Assembly: GCA_002504725.1 (NCBI GenBank)
Contig: DATN01000008.1
Coordinates: 62,851 to 94,850, forward strand
DNA from: Methanobacteriaceae archaeon UBA587
GTDB taxonomy: Archaea > Methanobacteriota > Methanobacteria > Methanobacteriales > Methanobacteriaceae
Length of the DNA stretch: 32,000 bases
Direction: 5' to 3'
The first letter of the stretch is position 1. Each line of letters begins with the position of its first letter. The notes under the pieces were generated by a model. The model had not been told where the DNA came from. It made no database searches and saw only the letters and a program-made list of their open reading frames with translations. This document shows positions 20,531-28,015 of this stretch, in pieces. The position numbers and the translations under genes were made by a program.

Positions 20531-20897
20531 TGTTATAATAGCCTCAAAGAGAGATATTATGGTTTCAGAAAGGGATTTAAACAGAATATTCGATGATTAT
20601 AATGAAATAATGATTTTTGCATCGTCAAATAGGCAGAAAATAAGTTTGATTGAGGAAAAAACTAATTTTAAAAATACTGAAGAGTTTATGCATCTCATGG
20701 ATTTCATGCAGTTCCAGGTTGCTAAAATTGATTCTGTTTTAGGGATTATTGATGATTTACTATCTGATTACCATCAGATGGCTATTGAAATTGAACCTCA
20801 TGAGTTGAATGGCATGGAACATGATCTAGAAGTCGTTAAAAAGGAATATGTTTCTATTTTAGATCATTGGAGTGATTATGGACAAACTTTTTATTAA
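20523..20897 (+). CDS. Hypothetical protein, 124 aa, translationally overlapping the HD-domain gene
   Basis: Start overlaps the upstream stop by 8 nt. Helical and acidic. No family recognised. Confidence 0.65.
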   Translation: MNNVIIASKRDIMVSERDLNRIFDDYNEIMIFASSNRQKISLIEEKTNFKNTEEFMHLMDFMQFQVAKIDSVLGIIDDLLSDYHQMAIEIEPHELNGMEHDLEVVKKEYVSILDHWSDYGQTFY

Positions 20898-21073
20898 CCT
20901 TATTATATTTTATTTTTAAAAATAAGATTGGAATTCATTTAATTATCAAATTAATTTTATTAGAGGGTTATATATTTTTCTTAAAGTTTAATAATTCTTA
21001 ATTCCCGCTAAATATATCTTATTTTAGTTTTTTCTTTTTTCAAAATATAATTTAGTATTACTATTTTTTTATT

Positions 21074-21113
21074 AGTATTACAAAAGACCGGGATTTACAC
21101 TGAAAAGTAATAA
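21074..21113 (+). repeat. 40-bp direct repeat copy A, upstream of the FmdE/CbiM cassette
   Basis: AGTATTACAAAAGACCGGGATTTACACTGAAAAGTAATAA; 35/40 identical to 25990-26029, same orientation. Confidence 0.7.
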
Positions 21114-21172
21114 CACAAAACTAATAAAAAGTATTAAATAGGAATAAAGCCAACCATTTTTTACTAAACGTA

Positions 21173-24100
21173 ATGGAGGTGATAAGTATTAAGAAACAAG
21201 GAATTAAGAGACATATGGTATTACTGAGCTTAACGGTTCTTTTGGCACTGTGTATTTGTGGAGCGGTGTCCGCAGAAGACTTATCAACTACAGGAGGCAA
21301 TGAAACCACTACGGTTGATAATCAGATGGTTGACCCTATTATTGGGATAACTGTGAATTATGAGTATGATTCGGACAAGAACATTAATCCGGAAATAAAG
21401 GTTTACGATACTACTGGTACAAAGATAAATTTCACAAAGACATATTCTGATGCTTTTAAAGCATATCAACTTAGTTTTGATTATTCTGGAGTTGTCAATG
21501 GTACTAAATTCAACATTACAGTTTCAGCACCGGTTATATTACTCAGATGCAGCAGCTGAGTGTTTTCACTTCAGCAACCAATGGTTCTGACCCTAATTAC
21601 TATGGCAATGCGGTCTTCAATATGAAAGCCACGGCAAACTACAAATTAGGAAGGACAGTAACCCAGAAAGCCAACCAGATACTTAACTTCTCTGGTGCAG
21701 ATAGCGTTCTGGTCATAACTACTGCAGGTGTGCCCAAATTGAATGTTGAGACCAGTGAGGACTGTATTGAGGGTATCCTGAATCAGGCCAATGGTTTCAT
21801 AAGCTATGGTAAGGGTAATTTGTTGATGTTACGGCAAACCGCAAATGATCCAGTGGACTTTGCTTTCATAGCTAAGAAAGGAAACACCTTAACCACGGTT
21901 ATATTCAGAAACGGTTCCACAAAACCGGCTTACATTGGCACCATATCTGAGAACATGACTCATGCTCAATGGAACGCCTATGTAAAGAATGTAACCACTG
22001 AAAATGGATTCTCATTTGCCAGCCTGGCCAATGCTTGGGCAGCTGGAGCTCCTAATGATGTATTAAGAGAAGCTGCTTTCCATGGGCACGTCTGTCAAGG
22101 AACACTGGGGGGATACACCATAACCAGGGCATTATTACAGTACTATCCTCCGGTACAAGCTACCATGGGCGGACCTGGATCTCCAGGAGATGTAACTTCC
22201 TATAAAATCCTGGGGGTACCTGGAGACTCTGATGATGATGCAGTAATGTATTTCCTGGATGCTACACCGGGTAAAAGTGGATACGTGGGTTATGATACCA
22301 CTTCTACTGGGGCTACTGTAAGCATGGTGGGATTCATCCGCTGGACCGACACCACCTACAAACTGGTGAACAATACCGACGGAACCCAGTCCTATGTGGT
22401 AAATGTACCGGGAAATGGAACCCTCATAGTAATGAGTTACAATAGAGATGCTAACCAGCAATTATTCATGGCTGAAAAAGGGATAACCACCTTGGGGTCA
22501 CTGGAAGAAATTCAGTTTAATTCATGGATAATTCAGAAAATCTTAACCAACCCTATTAGTCTGGTTAATGTGACCCTGGAATTACAGGGATTGAATGAAA
22601 CTCATTACTACTACCTGGTGGGAACCGCCACTAATATTACGTTCCCTACCACTGCTAATGCCACCAACAAGGGTCAGACCAGATTCAATGCCTCAGAAGC
22701 ACATGGTCTGGATATTGCTTACATCCAGAGTCTGAACCTGCCTAATGCCACCCGTTCCAACAATGTCACTGCCATCGATAACCTGAACTATAATGAAATG
22801 AAGGACATCGGTAAAAGGGCTGCGGAACTGGCAAAACAGATATTCCTAGCCCAGGGTATTGATCTGGAAAAGGATGACATGGACTTAGCTGTTCTGACTT
22901 CTGCAGGTTATGTCTATCTCAACGGACAAACCACCGAAGCAACCTGGGATGGTATTTTTGAAGTTTTAGGTTCCCGTTTAAGTAGGTCTACTCTTCTACC
23001 AATTCATATGGGACTATGGAAACCATTATGGTTTGACTTTGTCCTGAGAGGATTTGATGGAACCACCATGAGTAATGTGTACCTTAGATACAACCCCAAC
23101 AATGATACCTTCTTTATAGGTAACAATACGGCTACTGATGGTAATTTAGTAAATGACATTGGACCTGCTGCTTTAAACAATGCTAGTAAAGTAGGTAATC
23201 TGAGCAAGTACGTTATTCCTGATGGAAACTGGTTCAATATCCAGAGTATTGCCAATGCCTGGAGAAATGACCCATCATTCGACCAGTTGATAACCTTCCT
23301 CTTCCACGACCACGCCTGTCCGGGAGTACAGCCCGGATTCTTTATAACGGACTATATCTTCCAAAACTATCCATTAAGTGGCAATCAGAGCTACTTCTGG
23401 ATGGCATCCAGTATCTACTGTAAGGACGACAGTCTGGTCTACTTACTGGGCGTTTCTCCTGGAATGGGAAGCTATATGAACCAAAGACTCACTGGTGAAG
23501 AAACTTCCTCTGAATATCTGCCTGGCGGAACTGAGGAAGGAGTGATAGTAGTCTGGGATCCAGATACCAACACGGGAAAGGCAGCCATAATAAGTTTCAA
23601 ATGGCCTACCTATAACTTAGCAGGTCTCACTACCAGTGAAGCTCAAAGGGAAGCCATGATATCTGCATTTGTAGCTCTTTACAAAGGACAAAACAGTCCC
23701 TATATTGCGACTCCCCTGAGTATTGTTACTTCTGAAGAGAAGTATATCACTAAAGAAGAATTCGACCTTATTAAACAGGGTGGAACTGCTTCTGCAAGTG
23801 CTTTAGCTTTCCTAAAGGGTTTACCAGTACGATCCTTATCTGATCTGATACCTGCTGTTGATGATGGTTCAGATGATGGTAATGATGATGGTAATGATGA
23901 TGGAAGCAATGATGGATCCAACAATGGTGGTTCTCATAATGGAGGATCTCACTCTAATGGAGGTGCATCTGTTGGTGAAAGTTCTGTAGCGGTTTCTGCA
24001 GCTTCTGAAACTACCGAAGCTGGTGATGATTCCTCTTCATCTGGTAAAAAAGCCTACGAGGTTACCAAAAATAACAGCAACACTTCTAGTGGAGATAACA

Positions 24101-24195
24101 TGGGCTGGTATATTTATGGTCTGATTGGTATCTTTGCTCTGGGTGGATTAGTTGGATTTGGTTTCCTGCGAGGAGGACTCGGTGGAAAAGTATAA
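21173..24195 (+). CDS. Exported, C-terminally membrane-anchored protein with two FmdE-like domains. Reading frame is interrupted near 21527-21546 (ORFs 21173-21559 and 21547-24195)
   Basis: Signal peptide MVLLSLTVLLALCICGAVSA. FmdE-like motifs EAAFHGHVCQGTLGGYTITRALL and FLFHDHACPGVQPGFFITDYIF. Asp/Asn/Ser/Gly linker. C-terminal TM GWYIYGLIGIFALGGLVGFGFL. Confidence 0.75.
23861..23968 (+). repeat. In-frame degenerate GATGATGGTAA(C)-type repeats encoding the Asp/Gly/Asn/Ser linker
   Basis: Encodes DDGSDDGNDDGNDDGSNDGSNNGGSHNGGSHSNGG. Confidence 0.7.
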
Positions 24196-24224
24196 GTAAA
24201 TCAACATTAGAATCCGGGGTTTTT

Positions 24225-24257
24225 TGCTGGATACTCCAGCAACCCTTTATTTTTTTA
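24225..24257 (+). terminator. Intrinsic-terminator-like hairpin after the double-FmdE gene
   Basis: TGCTGGA-tac-TCCAGCA stem (24225-24241), outer GGG/CCC pairing possible, then TTTATTTTTTT. Confidence 0.6.
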
Positions 24258-24327
24258 ATAAAAATTTAATCGTATTAACTACAATCAATTGCCATTTTAA
24301 CTCTTAAAACTAAATGGAGGTGGGAAC

Positions 24328-24756
24328 ATAAAAAAAGAGATCATAATCTTAATAACTGCTTCAATTCTTTTAACCAGCATGGGTGTTGTAGTGGCTCACC
24401 CCGGGCATGGGGATTATTATCCCGATGAGGTGACCTTTAATGATACTTCCAGTGGAAGTTCCAGTGATAATTATGATAAAAATACTAATACTGGATCTGA
24501 TGCTTCTTCTTCGTCATCATCGTCTTCATCTCCCTCTTCTTCGGATACCTCATCTAAAGAATCAGATGAGGGAACTTCCAACACCAGTGCCGATACTGGC
24601 GGTGTAGAAGAAGTAACTGATGTTAATAATTCTACCAACTATCCATCTAAAAATTCTGATAACATGCCTGGGGATATTCTTTCACTAATGGTGGTATTTG
24701 GGATGGGTTTTGGCGCAGTAATTGCTTTATCTAAACTAGGACTATTATCCAAATAA
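24328..24756 (+). CDS. Small exported, Ser/Asp-rich, C-terminally membrane-anchored protein. Probable start is ATA at 24328, not ATG 24379
   Basis: GGAGGTG at 24316-24322, 5-nt spacer, then ATA AAA AAA GAG ATC ATA ATC TTA ... giving (M)KKEIIILITASILLTSMGVVVA|HPGHGDYYPDE. C-terminal TM IMVVFGMGFGAVIAL-type. Confidence 0.65.
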   Translation: MKKEIIILITASILLTSMGVVVAHPGHGDYYPDEVTFNDTSSGSSSDNYDKNTNTGSDASSSSSSSSSPSSSDTSSKESDEGTSNTSADTGGVEEVTDVNNSTNYPSKNSDNMPGDILSLMVVFGMGFGAVIALSKLGLLSK

Positions 24757-24821
24757 GATGAAGTATATTTCTTCAATTTATATTTTAAATAGAGTTTTAA
24801 TCAAAGGAGGAGGATTTATTC

Positions 24822-25445
24822 TTGCATTTACCTGACGGACTTTTACCTTTAGGGCAATCAATGATTTACTTTATTATAGTACTGATACCCTTGGCTTTAT
24901 ATTTCTTTAAACTTTCTAAAAACGATTCTAAAGAGAAAATAATTGTAAGCACAGGAATACTTTCAGCTGCAGCTATTGCAGGGTCTTCTATATCCATACC
25001 CTCTCCATTCGGGGTTCCCATACACTTTTTTATAATCCCCTTAGCTGCAATATTGGTAGGGCCTTTGAGCGGGGTTATGGTGGCATTTTTATGTCTTTTG
25101 GTGCAGTTCCTATTTTTGGGGATGGGAGGCATCACCTCATTAGGGGCCAATGTCTTTACCATGGGGATAATGATAAGCTGTTCCACCTACTTTTTCTACA
25201 AGCTGACCCTAGATTTAAATGAAAAATTGGCGGTATTCTGTGGTACACTGCTGGGAATAATAATGGGGACCATAACTCAAGTTTTCATATTGGTGTTAGC
25301 AGGTGTGGCCACCTTTGAAATGTTACTGGCTTCATTGATACCATTTTATTTATTCATAGCAGTACTTGAAGGGGCCGTAAATGTTTTCATAATATCTTTT
25401 ATCTCTAAAATTAAACCAGAGATGTTAAAAATGGATAAAATTTGA
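24822..25445 (+). CDS. CbiM/NikM-like ECF-type metal (Ni/Co) transporter S-component, TTG start
   Basis: (M)HLPDGLLP N-terminus, SISIPSPFGVPIHFFIIPLAAILVGPLSG, GMGGITSLGANVFTMGI. RBS GGAGGAGG upstream. Confidence 0.85.
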   Translation: MHLPDGLLPLGQSMIYFIIVLIPLALYFFKLSKNDSKEKIIVSTGILSAAAIAGSSISIPSPFGVPIHFFIIPLAAILVGPLSGVMVAFLCLLVQFLFLGMGGITSLGANVFTMGIMISCSTYFFYKLTLDLNEKLAVFCGTLLGIIMGTITQVFILVLAGVATFEMLLASLIPFYLFIAVLEGAVNVFIISFISKIKPEMLKMDKI

Positions 25446-25470
25446 ATTATAATCTTAAGGAGACTTTAAA

Positions 25471-25941
25471 GTGAATATTAAATTAATTACTTTTCTAATA
25501 ATTTTTTTTGGAATGATAAATACCGTCCATGCCCACGGTGTGGATGTTACCAATCAATCAGTGATTGTAATTGCGGATAATTCCACTGGAGTCATGGTTA
25601 AAAAACTGGCAAATGAGATGGGCCTCAATGTTTCAGTATACAACTTTAAATCAGCGGCTGATGTTGAACACCAATTAGAGCATGCTCTTTCCGATCCTAA
25701 CAAGAGAATTCTTGCAGTAGCCTATCAGGACACAGTAAATCTATTTATATCTGAAAATCCATCTGTTTCCAATAGAATTTTTGTAAGTTCTGCCAATGAA
25801 ACTGATATTAAAAATGGGTTAATGCTACTGACAGACAATACAAATAGCGGTTTCTTGCTTCCCTTTGCAACTGGTTTGCTGGTGGGGTTGATGGCAGGTC
25901 TGGGTTTAGGTGCCTTCTGGACGAAAAGGAAAAATTCATAA
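25471..25941 (+). CDS. Small exported protein with C-terminal TM; candidate accessory subunit of the CbiM-like transporter
   Basis: GTG start; signal peptide NIKLITFLIIFFGMINTVHA|HGVDVTNQSV; C-terminal TM FLLPFATGLLVGLMAGLGLGAFW-TKRKNS. 25 bp after the CbiM-like gene. Confidence 0.6.
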   Translation: MNIKLITFLIIFFGMINTVHAHGVDVTNQSVIVIADNSTGVMVKKLANEMGLNVSVYNFKSAADVEHQLEHALSDPNKRILAVAYQDTVNLFISENPSVSNRIFVSSANETDIKNGLMLLTDNTNSGFLLPFATGLLVGLMAGLGLGAFWTKRKNS

Positions 25942-25989
25942 TATTTTTGTAATTTTTTCCCTTTGCACCTTTTTTCATAACTTTATTTT

Positions 25990-26029
25990 AGTATTAAAAA
26001 AGACCTTGATTTCCAGTGAAAAGTAATAA
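25990..26029 (+). repeat. 40-bp direct repeat copy B, downstream of the FmdE/CbiM cassette
   Basis: AGTATTAAAAAAGACCTTGATTTCCAGTGAAAAGTAATAA; see copy A at 21074-21113. Confidence 0.7.
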
Positions 26030-26367
26030 AAAATTACATTAAAAATAAATATTTTTCATTATAGATAGAGGAGCCCATATTGATATATCTCCTCCTACAA
26101 TCATTATAGTATTTATTTTTGATCTATGTGGAAAATGATAACTGCCTTGACTATTAGTGCTATAAAACCATTAAATGATAATTTTCATAAAGGATTCTTT
26201 AAGGAATTAATCAGTAAATTTCTCCCGAAATTTTTGGCTTTAAACAAAAAAGAAAATTGAGTTTTCCTGGAAGTGGATTGAATTTAAAATATGAAATTAG
26301 GGCGGGTGAAATATACATCCCTTTTTTCTAAGCTAGTCCTAATTAACATCAATGTTAAAAGGGATAT

Positions 26368-26964
26368 TTATAAGACGCCTTTGGTACTGGGTATCTGATC
26401 GTGTTCCACCTGCACAGCATCCTTTAATGCCCGGGCTAGAGCCTTAAACAAGGCTTCGATCTGGTGGTGATCATTTTCTCCTTCCACCCGAGCATTGATG
26501 TTTATATGGGCGCTGTGAGCAAATGATTCCAGGAAGTGTTCCACATTTTCTGTGGAAAGATCCCCTACTTGAGGTTTGTGGAAGTTCATGTCCATGATAC
26601 AGTAGCTCCGGCCACTAATATCCACTGCTACGGTGGCCAGTGCCTCGTCCATAGGGACAATTGAGTGGGCTATTCTTTTTATTCCTTTTTTATCTCCCAC
26701 TACTTCTTTAAATACTTCTCCTAATAGTATTCCCACATCTTCCACGGTGTGGTGGTCGTCTACTTCCACATCTCCCTGGGCACGGATTTCCAGATCAAAG
26801 AATCCGTGTCTGGCAAAGGATTCCAGCATATGGTCCAGGAAGTCCACTCCAGTTTCAACAGTATACTGTCCCTTTCCATCCAGGTTTAAAGAAATATCAA
26901 TTTCTGTTTCAGAAGTTTTTCTTTTCTTAGAACTTTCCCTTGGCATCATTATCATCTCTAACAA
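26368..26964 (-). CDS. hisB: Imidazoleglycerol-phosphate dehydratase (start uncertain; Met at 26949 or 26946 also possible)
   Basis: [79 protein letters not shown]. Confidence 0.96.
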   Translation of the reverse strand: MLEMIMMPRESSKKRKTSETEIDISLNLDGKGQYTVETGVDFLDHMLESFARHGFFDLEIRAQGDVEVDDHHTVEDVGILLGEVFKEVVGDKKGIKRIAHSIVPMDEALATVAVDISGRSYCIMDMNFHKPQVGDLSTENVEHFLESFAHSAHININARVEGENDHHQIEALFKALARALKDAVQVEHDQIPSTKGVL

Positions 26965-27145
26965 TTTTTATGGCTTGTTCGGGACATTTACCCGCACAAA
27001 TAGTGCACTGGTGGCAGAATTCTAGATTATCTGCAACCGCTTTTTTTGATTTCTTGTCAATACTCCAGATCACTCCTCCTTTAGGACAAGCTTCCAGGCA
27101 AGTTCCGCAGCCGGTACATTTATTTTTGTCAACTAGAATTTTCAT
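26927..27145 (-). CDS. 4Fe-4S dicluster ferredoxin
   Basis: [15 protein letters not shown] and [15 protein letters not shown], two CxxCxxCxxxCP motifs. Confidence 0.94.
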   Translation of the reverse strand: MKILVDKNKCTGCGTCLEACPKGGVIWSIDKKSKKAVADNLEFCHQCTICAGKCPEQAIKIVRDDNDAKGKF

Positions 27146-27219
27146 AAGTTAACCTCTTCTCATGCTTTGATGATTTTCGATGTTATTTTACCTTTTTTCT
27201 CATATTTCCTTAGATTATA

Positions 27220-27237
27220 AGTTATAAGTTATAACTT
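27220..27237 (-). promoter_or_regulatory. Candidate partition-protein binding site, distal copy: AAGTTATAACTTATAACT on the minus strand
   Basis: Plus strand reads AGTTATAAGTTATAACTT, the exact reverse complement of the 18-mer at 10805 and 12277. A further half site GTTATAA lies at 27242-27248. Confidence 0.6.
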
Positions 27238-27258
27238 CTAAGTTATAAGATATAATAA

Positions 27259-27954
27259 TTAAATTTTAATTAAAGATAGTGATGTAGCTTTAAATCCCAC
27301 AAAAACCTTTTTTTCAAGACTTAATTCCAATTTTTCCCAAGAATATTTTGTAATATCTACTAAAACCGTAATAACAGGGTCTAAGGCTACTTTAAGTCTT
27401 ACCATTTCGTTTTTTATTTCCATACTCACTATTTTTCCTTCCACAATATTCCTCACACTGGATTCTTGGGGCTGGAGCATTATGAAAATATCTTCTGGGC
27501 TGATTAGAATTAAGACATTGTCTCCTTCCTCAAAGTTTTCAATTAGAGGAAGTAAAACTTCGTTTTTTCCAATTTTAATATTCATTACCCGATTATCTAA
27601 ATCTAGAGAACTTACCTTACCTTCTATTTCATTCAAATTGGAGTGTTTTTTCAGTATCTGGTTTAGTTTAGTGAATTCTCTAAGAATTAATTTTCCTGTA
27701 TCTGAGAGTTCACTCCCTCCCCCGCCCCCTTTACCTCCTCTTTGGGTAAATACCACTGGAGTTCCCACGATTTTCTCTATGACTTCAATGTATTTTAGAG
27801 CAGTTCGGTAGGGAACCCGGGACTTTTTAGAGGCTTTAGTAATAGAACCACAGTTATCAATGCTTTTCAACAGACGAAATTTTTTTTCGTCCATGAGCAG
27901 ATATTTATCTCCTATCTGCAACTGATATTCGGGGATATCTCTAGAATTAGTCAT
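27259..27954 (-). CDS. ModE-family regulator: LysR-type HTH plus molybdate/tungstate-binding (TOBE) domains
   Basis: GSITKASKKSRVPYRTALKYIEVIEKIVGTPVVFTQRGGKGGGGGSELSDTGK and C-terminal NRVMNIKIGKNEVLL... TOBE-like repeats. Confidence 0.88.
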   Translation of the reverse strand: MTNSRDIPEYQLQIGDKYLLMDEKKFRLLKSIDNCGSITKASKKSRVPYRTALKYIEVIEKIVGTPVVFTQRGGKGGGGGSELSDTGKLILREFTKLNQILKKHSNLNEIEGKVSSLDLDNRVMNIKIGKNEVLLPLIENFEEGDNVLILISPEDIFIMLQPQESSVRNIVEGKIVSMEIKNEMVRLKVALDPVITVLVDITKYSWEKLELSLEKKVFVGFKATSLSLIKI

Positions 27955-28015
27955 TTAGACACCTTTTTTATTATTTTATGGTTTAGACTTGATAAATTTA
28001 ACCAATAATAATGAA

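Noticed and set aside
21527-21546. Programmed -1 ribosomal frameshifting in the FmdE gene
   Set aside because: No slippery heptamer or downstream stem-loop could be identified. A single-base loss explains the data more simply.
23861-23968. CRISPR or tandem-repeat array at the GATGATGGTAA-type repeats
   Set aside because: The repeats are short, in frame and encode an Asp/Asn/Gly/Ser linker between the FmdE module and the TM anchor. No CRISPR-like repeat/spacer arrays were seen in the window.
26927-26964. 38-nt overlap of hisB with the ferredoxin gene as an overlapping-gene curiosity
   Set aside because: HisB homology begins later, and alternative Met codons at 26949/26946 reduce the overlap. 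This looks like ordinary start-site ambiguity.
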